DNA of 39,688 nucleotides from an uncultured Lachnospiraceae bacterium (GTDB lineage Bacteria > Bacillota > Clostridia > Oscillospirales > CAG-272): contig CAYRQA010000001.1 of the NCBI GenBank assembly GCA_964426285.1, positions 1 to 39,688 of the forward strand, read 5' to 3'. The position numbers and the translations under genes are program-made. Positions within the stretch are counted from its first letter, which is position 1. Each line of letters begins with the position of its first letter. A model generated the notes under the pieces. The model had not been told where the DNA came from. It worked only from the letters and a program-made list of their open reading frames with translations, and searched no databases. Shown piece by piece: positions 1 to 9,392 of this stretch.

Positions 1-25
1 ATATCGTGTTCGGATTATACTTCAT

Positions 26-100
26 TGGTGACCCGTACGGGAATCGAACCCATGTTACAGCCGTGAAAGGGCCGTGTCTTAACCGCTTGACCAACGGGCC
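26..100 (-). tRNA. tRNA-Glu (anticodon UUC)
   Basis: The reverse complement reads GGCCCGT...ACGGGTC-A-CCA with a 7-bp acceptor stem. The anticodon stem is CGGCC/GGCTG with loop CTTTCAC (TTC). The T-loop is GGTTCGATTCC and the CCA is encoded. Length 75 nt. Confidence 0.9.
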
Positions 101-104
101 GTTA

Positions 105-181
105 TGGTAGCGGAGATTGGACTTGAACCCATGACCTACCGGGTATGAACCGGTTGCTCTAGCCAGCTGAGCTACTCCGCC
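105..181 (-). tRNA. tRNA with CAU anticodon (elongator Met most likely; Ile-lysidine type not excluded by eye)
   Basis: The reverse complement is GGCGGAGTAGCTCAGCTGGCTAGAGCAACCGGTTCATACCCGGT...CTCCGCT-A-CCA. The anticodon stem is ACCGG/CCGGT with loop TTCATAC. The D-arm is GCTC/GAGC and the T-stem has one G.A mismatch. It lacks the GGG/CCC anticodon-stem signature of an initiator tRNA. It lies 4 nt from tRNA-Glu. Confidence 0.85.
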
Positions 182-214
182 GTATTGGTCCGACCTCGTG
201 TCGAACGCTTGATT

Positions 215-243
215 ATTCTATCACAAAAGAAATCGTTTGTCAA
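215..243 (-). promoter_or_regulatory. Sigma-70-type promoter of the tRNA-Met/tRNA-Glu pair
   Basis: The minus strand reads TTGACA (238-243), a 17-nt spacer, then TGaTAGAAT (extended -10, hexamer 215-220). It sits about 30 nt upstream of the tRNA-Met 5' end. Confidence 0.7.
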
Positions 244-293
244 CCCCTTTTTGCGATTTTTTTGATTTTTTTCGCGCATTATTCCACCCCAAA

Positions 294-321
294 CAGACGG
301 TCGCGCAAACGTCTCCGTCTG
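294..321 (-). terminator. Possible terminator after the 341..1066 gene
   Basis: Stem CAGACGG/CCGTCTG with a 14-nt loop, followed on the minus strand by TTTGGGG. This is a weak, non-canonical hairpin. Confidence 0.35.
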
Positions 322-340
322 CTTGAGGTTTTCATTCCAA

Positions 341-1066
341 TTATTCAAAGCGAAATGCTTGCTTGTTCAAAAATTTCAATTTCGCCGAAAGAACGTTTCT
401 GCCCTTTTCGATGCGCCCGTTGATATACCCGAGCCACACTTCCCGACTGTCCGTGTACGGCAGCATTTCCTTGGCTTGAGCCACCGTTTCGGGGCGCGTT
501 CCATACTCGAGTGCATATTGCATGAGCATCCTTGCTTTTTCTCTGTGCCCCGCGATCATCTCCCCGATCGCATGATCGAGATCGATGATCCTGCCGTTCT
601 CCCGCACCAGCCAAGTATCTTTACGATTCTCCAATCGCTCACAGAAAATACCCGGATCGGTCAGTTCTTTATAATCGATCTCAAACTTTCGCTTGGCGAC
701 ATTCAGAAGGATGCGAAAATAGCGTTCAAATTCATCGGATGTGATCGGCGTGTCGAAATCGACGTCTGCCTTGCCAGTCGTTTTCCAATAGAGTAGCGCT
801 TCGGCGACCTGCGGAACGTCGGGCGAGGTAAGCCTGCCCGAATCGGAATCGATCGGATGCCACGACAAACTCGAACAGTCGCACCAGAACGGGTAGATGC
901 CCATATTCAGGAATATGCCGCCGAGGTTGCAGGGTGCCACCTCGAAAAGCGTCAGAAAAAAGCCGTTGTCATCGTACCAATATCGCTTACTGCCATTCGA
1001 ATACAGCCCTATGCCGCCCAGCACGTCGCACGCGGTTTGCTTGATGATCGGTCTAAAATCACTCAT
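341..1066 (-). CDS. Hypothetical cytoplasmic protein (N-terminus resembles DUF4304-type proteins; tentative)
   Basis: 241-aa ORF with ATG at 1066, preceded by GGAGGTG 7 nt upstream. No signal peptide or TM segment is seen. It lies 30 nt downstream of the esterase gene on the same strand. Confidence 0.6.
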   Translation of the reverse strand: MSDFRPIIKQTACDVLGGIGLYSNGSKRYWYDDNGFFLTLFEVAPCNLGGIFLNMGIYPFWCDCSSLSWHPIDSDSGRLTSPDVPQVAEALLYWKTTGKADVDFDTPITSDEFERYFRILLNVAKRKFEIDYKELTDPGIFCERLENRKDTWLVRENGRIIDLDHAIGEMIAGHREKARMLMQYALEYGTRPETVAQAKEMLPYTDSREVWLGYINGRIEKGRNVLSAKLKFLNKQAFRFE

Positions 1067-1096
1067 CCGATCACCTCCTCTGTTTTGATTTGCATT

Positions 1097-2107
1097 TCAC
1101 ATATGCTTCTTCACATACTCGATCAGGTGCGTCCAGTCTTCTCGGTTAAAGGCGTGGCCGCCGACGCGCATATGGTAGCCGATCGGTCCGTCGTGGAAGC
1201 AATCGCCGATCTCGGGCAGGCGGTCGGGATGCACGAAGTCGTTGCCCGTGCGGTCGGCCGCTACGCAACCGAGGTATTCCGACTGCGGGTCTGCCCATCC
1301 GTCGTCCCATGCACTCGCAACGTATGCGAGACGGGGTGCGATCGCCGCGATCACGTAATGCTGGTCGAGGGGGAGCTCGTCCTCTTTATCCGCATAATCC
1401 TTGTATGCGGGGCAGAACCAGTAGGGGAAGCGGTCGGTGATCTTGGCGACCGTCTCGCCCACCTTGCCGCGCGAGATGGCGGCGCCGCCGCTGCCCGAGT
1501 TGATCGAGCAGGTGCACCAAATGCGTTCGTCGGTCGCACCTGCGTAGAGCACCGTCTTGCCCAGCCGCGAGTGACCCGTGATCGCAGAACGGCTGACGTC
1601 GAGTGCCTCTACGCTTTCGGCATAGTCGATGACACGGTGCATCGCCCACGACCAGAGTGCGATCTTGCTCGGAGCCGAGCGGTCGTTTTCGCGGTCGATG
1701 TCAAAGAGCGTCGCCACGCCGTTTGTGAAATCGTTGTCGTCGGTCGCAACCTCCTCACCGACCTGCAGGACAGCCAGATCACTGCCGATGATCAGATCGA
1801 GAGGCAGGCGGTCGATCGGACCGCCGAGCGAAAGGTGCAGGAAGAAGGGATGCTTGCCCGCCGTCTTGGGCAGGACGGCGTATACGGGGAAGGATACCGA
1901 TTTGTCGCCGACGGTGGCTGTCAGGATGACCTTCGTGTAGGTCGCCTTGCCCTCCATGTAATGTTCGTCTCTCTCGACCGTCTCCCATGTGAGATTGTCG
2001 GGTACTTTCGGCAGATAGCCGTATTCCTCGCGCTGAATGAGCTCGAGCATCTCAGCACGGGAGAGCAGTGCGGGGAGATTGCGTTCTTTGAGCATTTGTT
2101 CGATCAT
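1097..2107 (-). CDS. Alpha/beta hydrolase, carbohydrate esterase family 15-like (glucuronoyl esterase-type)
   Basis: The motif ITGHSRLGKTVLYAGATDERI...NSGSGGAA matches the CE15 G-x-S-R-x-G-K ... AGA-DERI ... SG-GG pattern. Start is placed at ATG 2107 (MIEQML) because AAGGAGG lies 8 nt upstream; the ORF track start at 2164 has no RBS. Confidence 0.65.
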   Translation of the reverse strand: MIEQMLKERNLPALLSRAEMLELIQREEYGYLPKVPDNLTWETVERDEHYMEGKATYTKVILTATVGDKSVSFPVYAVLPKTAGKHPFFLHLSLGGPIDRLPLDLIIGSDLAVLQVGEEVATDDNDFTNGVATLFDIDRENDRSAPSKIALWSWAMHRVIDYAESVEALDVSRSAITGHSRLGKTVLYAGATDERIWCTCSINSGSGGAAISRGKVGETVAKITDRFPYWFCPAYKDYADKEDELPLDQHYVIAAIAPRLAYVASAWDDGWADPQSEYLGCVAADRTGNDFVHPDRLPEIGDCFHDGPIGYHMRVGGHAFNREDWTHLIEYVKKHM

Positions 2108-2207
2108 GTGCAGTTCCTCCTTATCAAGGGTGTTTAGCAATAGGATTTTTGTATATTGTAACACATAAAGAGCGCTCTGTCAAGCACATTGACCAAAACA
2201 GCAGAAC

Positions 2208-2909
2208 TCAGATGACCGTCAGCGTAGTCCCCGGGAAATAATGCAGGAGGATCTCGCGATAGCTAAGCCCCTCTTCGGCATAGAGCGCCGCACCTGCCCT
2301 CGATAGCCCGTAGCCGCTTTCTTTCCCGTCCTCGTTTTCACCCGACACGGTCGCTTCGGGCGTTTTGACCGACGCAAGATAGGGGTAGCCCTCCATTTCC
2401 ACGGTCATCCCTGCCGACGCCGAATGGGTGAGCGCCAGTGCATAGTCATCGCCATACCGCAGAACCTCATTCTCCACTGCACGCACCGCATCTTCGGCAG
2501 TCTTCAGCCGCGCATCTGCTTCGGCTTGCCCCCAAAGCGAGGTCAGCTCATCTTTCTCCGCATAGACCAACCCGTGCGAGGGCGAATTGCAGATGCTCCC
2601 CTCTCCCCTGCAGTAACCGATCAGACAGAGCGCTCTGCTTCGCAGTGCCACTGCCTGCGCTTTCAGACTTTCGGTCGGCGTATCGGAGGAATTGTAGGCG
2701 GCGAGCGTTCCGACGAGCAGTTCGCGCAACGTCAGCGACTGCGGTGCTTCCCCATCATCATGGTCACAAAAAAGAAGCAGGCTGTCGTCACTCTCCTTCG
2801 CAGGCGCCGTCGGCAGCTTACCAAAGAGCAGTGCGGTCAGTGCGGGCAGCGCACTCCCGATCAGCAAACAAAAAATGAGCAGCAGTATTTCTTTGTGTAT
2901 TCGGCGCAT
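2208..2909 (-). CDS. SpoIID/LytB-domain protein, membrane-anchored
   Basis: An N-terminal TM segment (ILLLIFCLLIGSALPALTALLF) is followed by LKAQAVALRSRAL, typical of the SpoIID/LytB domain. Start is at ATG 2909 (MRRIHKE) with AGGAGG 4 nt upstream. Confidence 0.65.
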   Translation of the reverse strand: MRRIHKEILLLIFCLLIGSALPALTALLFGKLPTAPAKESDDSLLLFCDHDDGEAPQSLTLRELLVGTLAAYNSSDTPTESLKAQAVALRSRALCLIGYCRGEGSICNSPSHGLVYAEKDELTSLWGQAEADARLKTAEDAVRAVENEVLRYGDDYALALTHSASAGMTVEMEGYPYLASVKTPEATVSGENEDGKESGYGLSRAGAALYAEEGLSYREILLHYFPGTTLTVI

Positions 2910-3078
2910 TTTGCCTCCTGTTCCCGCTTTTTCTTGCAAAAAAGCACTATTATACATATTTTTTCAACTGTTTACAGTATATGCACAAAAAAATCAGACA
3001 GAACGATTGACAGAACGCCCTCAAATGATTATAATGTATCTGTATACAGATCGATTTTTCGATGAAAGGACTGTTAAA

Positions 3079-4128
3079 ATGAGTATTACCAAATCGCTGT
3101 TCGGTACTATGCCCGACGGCAAAGAGGTCTGCCTCTACACCCTCGCTCAAGACGACATTGCCGTTTGCATCACCGAGTACGGCGCTCGTATCACCAAGCT
3201 CCTCGTCAACAACACCAGCGTCGTCTGCGGCTTCGACAGCATGGAGGGGTACCTCGCCGACGGCGATTACCACGGTGCGATCGTCGGTCGCTACGCCAAC
3301 CGCATTGCAGATGCCAAGTTCACCCTGCACGGCAAGACGTACACCCTTGCGCGAAACGAGACAGGGCGTGCGCACCTCCACGGCGGCATGGTCGGCTACT
3401 CGAACCGCCTCTGGGAGACGGTCTCAGCCCGCGAAGAGGACGGCGCTGATCTGCTGACCTTCAAGCTCCGCTCGCCCGATGGGGAGGAGGGCTATCCCGG
3501 CACGCTCCGTATTCTCGTGACCTATATGCTCAAGGACTCGGCGCTCACCATCTCCTACAGCGCAGTCAGCGACGCCGATACGATCATCAACCTGACCAAC
3601 CACGCCTATTTTTCGCTCGGCGGCGTCGGTTCGACCGTGCTCGACCAGACGCTCACCCTCGCCTGCGACAAGTACGTGCCTGTCGATGAGTTGCTCATCC
3701 CCTACGGGACGATGTCGAGCGTCGAGGACACGCCCTTCGATTTCCGCACGCCCAAAACGATCGGCCGCGACATCGAAGCCGACAACACCCAGCTGCACAT
3801 TGCGGGCGGCTACGATCACTGTTTTGTGCGTGACAACGGCGAGGAGAAGAATGCACCCGAGTGGATCGCCACCCTCTATTCGCCCTCGAGCCATATTGAA
3901 ATGAAGGTATCGACCACCGAGGGCGGCATTCAGATCTATACCGCCAACTTCATGACCGCAGACAATCCCTTCTACGGCACGATTCCCCAGACCAAGAACA
4001 CCGCCGCCGCCATGGAATGCGGACGAAGCCCCGATTCGCCCAATCAAAAGGCGTTCCCCTCCCCCCTGCTCAAGGCAGGCGAGGAATACTCGCAAACGAC
4101 GGTGTATTCCTTTAAAGTGAAGGAATAA
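3079..4128 (+). CDS. galM: Aldose 1-epimerase (galactose mutarotase)
   Basis: MSITKSLFG...VGRYANRIADAKFTLHGKTYTLARNE...HLHGG...LTNHAYF are mutarotase-family motifs. ATG is at 3079 with GAAAGGA upstream. It is divergent from the SpoIID-like gene. Confidence 0.85.
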   Translation: MSITKSLFGTMPDGKEVCLYTLAQDDIAVCITEYGARITKLLVNNTSVVCGFDSMEGYLADGDYHGAIVGRYANRIADAKFTLHGKTYTLARNETGRAHLHGGMVGYSNRLWETVSAREEDGADLLTFKLRSPDGEEGYPGTLRILVTYMLKDSALTISYSAVSDADTIINLTNHAYFSLGGVGSTVLDQTLTLACDKYVPVDELLIPYGTMSSVEDTPFDFRTPKTIGRDIEADNTQLHIAGGYDHCFVRDNGEEKNAPEWIATLYSPSSHIEMKVSTTEGGIQIYTANFMTADNPFYGTIPQTKNTAAAMECGRSPDSPNQKAFPSPLLKAGEEYSQTTVYSFKVKE

Positions 4129-4219
4129 CGCGCCTTTCGAGGGGCGAGCTTGTCAAAAGCCTGCACTTTCAAAATCCGGATAAACAAAACAGATCGTTTT
4201 AGCGTTTTTGAAGGTTTTA

Positions 4220-4294
4220 CTACTTGGGCAAAGCCCAAGTAGAGGACTTCTTTGAAAAAAGTTCCCTGAATGGGGTTTGGGGCAAAGCCCCAAA
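4220..4294. repeat. Two short perfect hairpins of the intergenic hairpin families
   Basis: CTACTTGGGC-aaa-GCCCAAGTAG lies at 4220-4242 and TTTGGGGC-aaa-GCCCCAAA at 4276-4294. The second belongs to the GGGGC-NNN-GCCCC family seen at five other places in the window. Confidence 0.7.
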
Positions 4295-4316
4295 TACAAC
4301 TTTTTTCCACAAGCAT

Positions 4317-4344
4317 AAAACCCCTTTTAAAGGGGTTTTGTTTT
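4317..4344 (+). terminator. Rho-independent terminator (probably for galM)
   Basis: AAAACCCCTTT-t-AAAGGGGTTTT hairpin followed by GTTTT. Confidence 0.6.
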
Positions 4345-4492
4345 ATGAAAGCAACTTTTTCAGTACAATTTTGCGTTATCTTCATATAACCGTCACATTA
4401 GATGCGTATAATGAAGACAATCGATCAGTGCTCGTCTCGGCTTACTGTCGGACAAGCCGACTTCGCACCCATTTCAGAAAGGATGGTTCCTC

Positions 4493-6034
4493 ATGAACGA
4501 ATTCGATAAAAATTCCATAGACGATCAGCCTGTCTCCGATCAGCCGGGCGGCAACACCCCCGAAGGCCGCGCCAACGACGATCTGATCAATCGCCCTGCC
4601 GACCCCTCCGCGGGCAGCTATTCCTACACGGGCGATCAGCTTGCCGATGCCGCCACGCGCGTGAACCGAACTGCACAGCCCGAATGGTACGGCAACTACA
4701 GCAGTACGCCAAGCAACGCAGGCAGCAGCCAAAGTGCGGGCTCTGCACCCTCCGACGAATACGAGGTCTCCTTTGACAGCGCCAGCGGCAAATACACCTA
4801 CACCGATCACTCGGCAGAGCAACCGTCCGCACAACCTCCCCGTCCTCCCAAACGCAAGCGTTCGCTCCTCGCACTCGGGCTCTGCGCCACCGTTCTGGCA
4901 AGCGCCACCCTCGGCGTTTTCGGCGGCGCATTTGCAGGTGCTTACTTCGCCGATCATTCGGGAAATCCGGGCGGCAATCTGAACAACCAGGTGCAGCAAT
5001 CGACGGTCGTACAGGTCAACTTAGGCGAGGTCAACTACGGCGCGATCGCCGATGCAGCCGCCAGATCCTACGATTCGGTCGTCGTCATCGAGACCTATCT
5101 CAGCGAAAGCTATGCCGAAGCGGGTGAAGCAAGCGGTGCGGGCAGCGGCGTCATCTGGACGTCCGACGGCTACATCGTCACCTGTAACCACGTCATCGAC
5201 GGCGCAAATATCATCCGCGTGATTCTGACCGACGGCAGTGCCTATTACGCAGACGTAGTGGGCACCGATGCGCAGACCGACCTTGCAGTGCTCAAAATTC
5301 AGGCAACCGACCTGATCGCCGTTACCGCAAGAGGCAGTTCGCTCGTGCTCGGTGAGACTGCGATCGCCATCGGAAACCCGCTCGGTGTCCTCGCCAACAC
5401 GGTCACCGAGGGCATACTCTCCTGTCTGGCGCGTGAGATCACCGTAGAGGGTCAGCCCATGTCGCTTCTGCAAACGACTGCGGCAGTCAACTCGGGCAAC
5501 TCGGGCGGCGGTCTCTTCGACGTCAACGGCTCGCTCATCGGCATCGTCAATGCCAAATCGACCGGCGATTCGGTCGAGGGGCTGGGCTTTGCCATCCCGA
5601 TCGAGACGGTCATGGACATCTGCACCCAGCTCATCGAACAGGGCTTCGTCAGCGGTCGCCCGCAGCTTGGTGTATCGGTCATCACCGTTACCCAGTCGAA
5701 CGCAAGCTCTATCTTCGCCAATCCCGAGTATGCCGCGCTGGAGGAATACGCCACCAGAGTGGTACCCGGTTGGGGCGGCGGATACACGCAGGTCGTCCCC
5801 GGCACTTATATCCTCTCTGCCGATGACGTGGTCGGCTATACCGACGGCAGTGACAGCCTGAAATTCGGCGACCGCCTGCTCTACGTCGGTGGCACAGAGA
5901 TCGAATCGACCGCCGACGTGAAAGCGGCGCTGGGCGGCTACAATGCGGGCGACACCATCCAGCTCACCGTACTGAGAGGTCAGAGTGAGACGCTCATCAT
6001 CAAGCTCGTCCTCGGACAGCTCGGCGAAAAATAA
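4493..6034 (+). CDS. htrA: HtrA/DegP-family trypsin-like serine protease with C-terminal PDZ domain
   Basis: The catalytic triad context is present: TCNHVIDGA (His), TDLAVLKI (Asp), NSGNSGGGLFD (Ser). A long low-complexity N-terminal tail precedes a single TM segment (LLALGLCATVLASATLGVF). ATG at 4493 follows GAAAGGATGG. Confidence 0.9.
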   Translation: MNEFDKNSIDDQPVSDQPGGNTPEGRANDDLINRPADPSAGSYSYTGDQLADAATRVNRTAQPEWYGNYSSTPSNAGSSQSAGSAPSDEYEVSFDSASGKYTYTDHSAEQPSAQPPRPPKRKRSLLALGLCATVLASATLGVFGGAFAGAYFADHSGNPGGNLNNQVQQSTVVQVNLGEVNYGAIADAAARSYDSVVVIETYLSESYAEAGEASGAGSGVIWTSDGYIVTCNHVIDGANIIRVILTDGSAYYADVVGTDAQTDLAVLKIQATDLIAVTARGSSLVLGETAIAIGNPLGVLANTVTEGILSCLAREITVEGQPMSLLQTTAAVNSGNSGGGLFDVNGSLIGIVNAKSTGDSVEGLGFAIPIETVMDICTQLIEQGFVSGRPQLGVSVITVTQSNASSIFANPEYAALEEYATRVVPGWGGGYTQVVPGTYILSADDVVGYTDGSDSLKFGDRLLYVGGTEIESTADVKAALGGYNAGDTIQLTVLRGQSETLIIKLVLGQLGEK

Positions 6035-6057
6035 TTCCCTGAATTTTCGAAAGGAAG

Positions 6058-6086
6058 CCAAACAAGGGCAATTTGCCCTTGTTTGG
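6058..6086 (+). terminator. Hairpin between htrA and the response regulator (terminator or attenuator)
   Basis: CCAAACAAGGGCAA/TTGCCCTTGTTTGG 14-bp stem, followed by GCGGTTTTCTCT. It ends 12 nt before the response regulator ATG. Confidence 0.55.
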
Positions 6087-6098
6087 GCGGTTTTCTCT

Positions 6099-6776
6099 AT
6101 GGCACATCTGCTGGTAGTAGACGACGAAGAAAAGATCCGCACCCTCATCCGCAAATATGCCGAATTTGAGGGGCACACGGTCACCGAGGCGGCAAACGGC
6201 ATGGATGCGCTCGAGCGCTGCCGAAAAACCCCCTTCGACCTCATCATCATGGACGTCATGATGCCTCTGCTCGACGGGCTTTCTGCCTGCCGCGAGATCC
6301 GAAAGAAGCTCGACACGCCGATCATCATCCTTTCTGCCCGCGGCGAGGAATACGACCGCATCGGCGGCTTCCAGCTCGGCATCGACGACTACGTGGTAAA
6401 ACCCTTCTCCCCCAAGGAGCTGATGCTTCGGGTCGAGGCGATCCTCAAACGGACCTCGGCGGCAAAGCCCGCAGAAGCGATCGAGCTGTTTGAAAAAGAG
6501 GGGCTGAAGGTCAATTTCACCGCCCGTATCGTGACGGTCGACGGTGTGGTCGCCGACCTTTCGCCCAAGGAATACGAGCTGCTCTTTTACATGATCCGCA
6601 ATAAAAACATTGCACTGACCCGAGAGAAGCTGATCTGCGAGGTCTGGGGCTACGATTTTTACGGCGATGACCGCACGCTCGACACGCACATCAAGCTGCT
6701 TCGCCATTCGCTCGGTCCATACAGCAAATTCATCGTGACGTTGAGAGGAGTGGGCTACCGTTTTGAAGGAAATTGA
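6099..6776 (+). CDS. OmpR/PhoB-family response regulator
   Basis: The receiver domain shows LLVVDDEE ... DLIIMDVMMP ... KPF, followed by a winged-helix output (LSPKEYELLFYM ... TLRGVGYRF). Start is at ATG 6099 (MAHLLVV); no strong RBS is seen. Confidence 0.85.
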   Translation: MAHLLVVDDEEKIRTLIRKYAEFEGHTVTEAANGMDALERCRKTPFDLIIMDVMMPLLDGLSACREIRKKLDTPIIILSARGEEYDRIGGFQLGIDDYVVKPFSPKELMLRVEAILKRTSAAKPAEAIELFEKEGLKVNFTARIVTVDGVVADLSPKEYELLFYMIRNKNIALTREKLICEVWGYDFYGDDRTLDTHIKLLRHSLGPYSKFIVTLRGVGYRFEGN

Positions 6777-8352
6777 CAATGCGCTCCCTCTCACCGACGG
6801 ACAAGGTGCGATAACAGGCGACGAAGGGCTCGGTGCAAAGCCCAAAAGGGGCAAAAATCGCGCTCCCAAGCCCCCGAAAGCAAAAAAAGTGCGCCGTCTC
6901 GGATTGTTCGGGCGCATTTCGGTTAAAAAGAAGATATTTCTTGCCTTTATCAGCATTACCCTGCTGGCGCTCGCGCTGCTCTGGCTCTTCCAGTTCGTCT
7001 TCCTAGAGCAGATCTATCGCTCGATCAAGATCGGTCACCTCGAGGACGGTGCCGAGGAGATCATTCAGGCGAGCTATGAAGATGATTTCTATGCGCGCGC
7101 CGACGAGATCGCCAAGCAGCATGATTTCTGCGCCCTTCTGCTGAACGTCGAAAGCGGAAGCTCGTACAAGCTGACCCCAGCGCCCCTGCCCGGCTGCTAC
7201 CTCTACGATCTGAACTACCGCGACTATAATCAGCTTGCCGAGTACGCAGCAACGTCGGGCGGAAGCCTTATGATGAGCGTCCAACCCGATACGCAGGGCT
7301 ATGTCGCCAAGGAATTCGCCTACACCCCCAACGATCAGATCCACAGCGTCATCTATACCGTCCTCTTCGAAAACGAAGAGGGACAGACGATGGCACTGCT
7401 GGTCAACACGGTGATCACCCCCATTTCCGCCGCCCGTGAGACGCTCTTCTACATTCTGCTCATCATTTCGGGCATTCTCATCCTACTGGCGGTCGGTATG
7501 TCTGCATTTATGGCGCACGCGGTGGCAACGCCGATCGCGAGGATCAACCGCGATGCCAAGGTGCTCGCCACAGGCAGATACGACCACCACTTCGACGAAG
7601 TCTGCGGCTATCGCGAAGCCAATGAGCTCGCCGCCACCCTCAATTACACCGCGAGCGAGCTTGGTAAGGTCGAAGCCCTTCGCCGCGAGCTGATCGCCAA
7701 CATCTCCCACGATCTGCGGACACCGCTCACCCTCATCTCGGGCTACAGCGAGGTCATGCGCGACATTCCGGGTGAGATCACCTCCGAAAATCTGCAAACG
7801 ATCATCGACGAGACGGCTCGTCTGACCTCTCTCGTGAACGATATGCTCGACATCTCCAAGATTCAGAGCGGCAACCTGACCCCTCATTTCGAGAAGCTGT
7901 CGGTCACTGCCCTGCTCTCCTCCGTACTCGATACCTACCGCACGCTGACCGTCTGCCGCGGCTACGACCTTTCTCTGTCGCTTGAGCCTGACGGTGAGGA
8001 GGTATACATCAACGGCGATGCCGCCATGCTGGTGCGTGCGGTGAACAATCTGATCAACAATGCGCTGACCTACACGGGCGATGACCGCAAGGTGCTCGTT
8101 CGGCAGCTCGCCACCCCCTCCCGCGTACGCATCGAAGTGGTCGACACAGGCGTCGGCATCCCCCGCGACAAGCTCGATATGATCTGGGAACGCTACTACA
8201 AGGTCGATGCCGAGCACAAACGCTCTGCCGTCGGCACGGGTCTGGGGCTCTCGATCGTAAAATCGATCGTCGTGATGCACGGCGGCTCCTACGGCGTCCG
8301 CAGCTCGAAGGGCAACGGCTCTGCCTTCTGGATCGAGTTTGCGAGGGTGTGA
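6763..8352 (+). CDS. Sensor histidine kinase (two TM segments flanking an extracytoplasmic domain, H-box, HATPase)
   Basis: H-box ISHDLRTPLT, N-box NNLINNALTY and G-boxes VDTGVGIP / GTGLGLSIV are present. The TTG start at 6763 overlaps the response regulator stop (6774-6776). The start is uncertain because no in-frame ATG exists before the first TM segment. Confidence 0.8.
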   Translation: MKEIDNALPLTDGQGAITGDEGLGAKPKRGKNRAPKPPKAKKVRRLGLFGRISVKKKIFLAFISITLLALALLWLFQFVFLEQIYRSIKIGHLEDGAEEIIQASYEDDFYARADEIAKQHDFCALLLNVESGSSYKLTPAPLPGCYLYDLNYRDYNQLAEYAATSGGSLMMSVQPDTQGYVAKEFAYTPNDQIHSVIYTVLFENEEGQTMALLVNTVITPISAARETLFYILLIISGILILLAVGMSAFMAHAVATPIARINRDAKVLATGRYDHHFDEVCGYREANELAATLNYTASELGKVEALRRELIANISHDLRTPLTLISGYSEVMRDIPGEITSENLQTIIDETARLTSLVNDMLDISKIQSGNLTPHFEKLSVTALLSSVLDTYRTLTVCRGYDLSLSLEPDGEEVYINGDAAMLVRAVNNLINNALTYTGDDRKVLVRQLATPSRVRIEVVDTGVGIPRDKLDMIWERYYKVDAEHKRSAVGTGLGLSIVKSIVVMHGGSYGVRSSKGNGSAFWIEFARV

Positions 8353-8434
8353 ATTTGTTGAGGGATTCTTGGGAAACTCTTCTTGGGCTGACGCTCAATA
8401 AGGATGTTATCTAAAACAAACGATTGTGAGTAAC

Positions 8435-8479
8435 AAAAGCCATCGTATAGAACCGAATGGGTTCTATACGATGGCTTTT
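8435..8479. terminator. Bidirectional intrinsic terminator between convergent genes
   Basis: Arms AAAAGCCATCGTATAGAACC and GGTTCTATACGATGGCTTTT flank the loop gaat. A/T runs lie on both sides. Confidence 0.8.
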
Positions 8480-8508
8480 TCTAATCAAATTACCCTGTTG
8501 CATTTAAT

Positions 8509-9378
8509 TCATGCACCCGTTTCCCCGAACACCCACAGGTAGTAGTCCTCGAGCGTGGGGGCGACCGCTTTGGCATCCCCCTCGGGGGTGGTGTCGGATA
8601 ACACGCGGAGCGTCACACCGCTGTCGGTCTGCGCGATGTTGATGACGCGGTAGGTCGATTGAAGCTGTGCGACATCTTCGCTCTTGCAGGTCAGTTCCCA
8701 CACCTTGCCTTCAATTTTGCTTGCAAGCTCATGGGCGGGTGCGAGGTCGGTGATCTGCCCCTTTTTGAGGAAGATGACCTCTTTTGCGATGTACTCGACA
8801 TCGCTGACGACGTGGGTGGCGATGAGCACAATCTTTTCGAGCGCGATTTTGGCAATATAGTTTCGGATGGCGATGCGCTGCTTGGGATCGAGTCCCGCCG
8901 TCGGCTCGTCGAGGATGAGAATCTCGGGATCGCCGAGAACGGCTTGCGCGAGGGCGAGACGCTGCTTCATGCCACCCGAGAGCGCGCTGATCTTGCGGCT
9001 CGGGATATCGGCGAGTTCGACTGCCTCGAGTACTTCGGCGATCCGGCGAGCCGCTTCGTCCTTCCCTAGCCCCTTCAGCGATGCCATGTACCACAGGAAT
9101 TTCTCGACCGTAAAATTGGGATACATTCCGGGATATTGGGGCATAAATCCGATCTTTTCGCGGAATTTCACGCCCATTTTGAGGGTGCTTTCACCGTTGT
9201 AGGTGATCTCGCCCGAATCGGCTTTGAGGTTATCGGTGAGGATGTTGATGAGCGTCGATTTGCCCGAACCGTTCGGTCCCATGAGAGCGTAGATGCCCGG
9301 GGTGAGGGTTGCCGTGAAGTGGTCGAGGGCGTGGTTTTTGCCGTAGGATTTGTCGATTTGTTCGAAATGAAGTGTCAT
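8509..9378 (-). CDS. ABC transporter ATP-binding protein
   Basis: Walker A GPNGSGKST, signature LSGGMKQR and Walker B ILILDEPTAGLD are present. Start is at ATG 9378 (MTLHFEQ) with AAGGAGA upstream; the longer ORF-track start is rejected. Confidence 0.9.
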   Translation of the reverse strand: MTLHFEQIDKSYGKNHALDHFTATLTPGIYALMGPNGSGKSTLINILTDNLKADSGEITYNGESTLKMGVKFREKIGFMPQYPGMYPNFTVEKFLWYMASLKGLGKDEAARRIAEVLEAVELADIPSRKISALSGGMKQRLALAQAVLGDPEILILDEPTAGLDPKQRIAIRNYIAKIALEKIVLIATHVVSDVEYIAKEVIFLKKGQITDLAPAHELASKIEGKVWELTCKSEDVAQLQSTYRVINIAQTDSGVTLRVLSDTTPEGDAKAVAPTLEDYYLWVFGETGA

Positions 9379-9392
9379 ACAGTCTGTCTCCT

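Noticed and set aside
857-2137. 426-aa plus-strand ORF. Similar long ORFs occur at 5021..6382(-), 6000..6956(-), 18439..19842(+), 25250..26539(+), 30990..32039(-) and 38403..39503(+).
   Set aside because: Each lies antisense to a gene with clear family motifs and a good RBS. The translations are Arg/Ala/Gly/Val-rich with no motifs or RBS, which is typical of shadow ORFs in GC-rich DNA.
4044-4496. ORFs 4044..4385(-) and 4224..4496(+) in the galM-htrA spacer.
   Set aside because: They are read through palindromic repeat modules and a terminator. They have no RBS, and similar peptides arise wherever the repeats occur.
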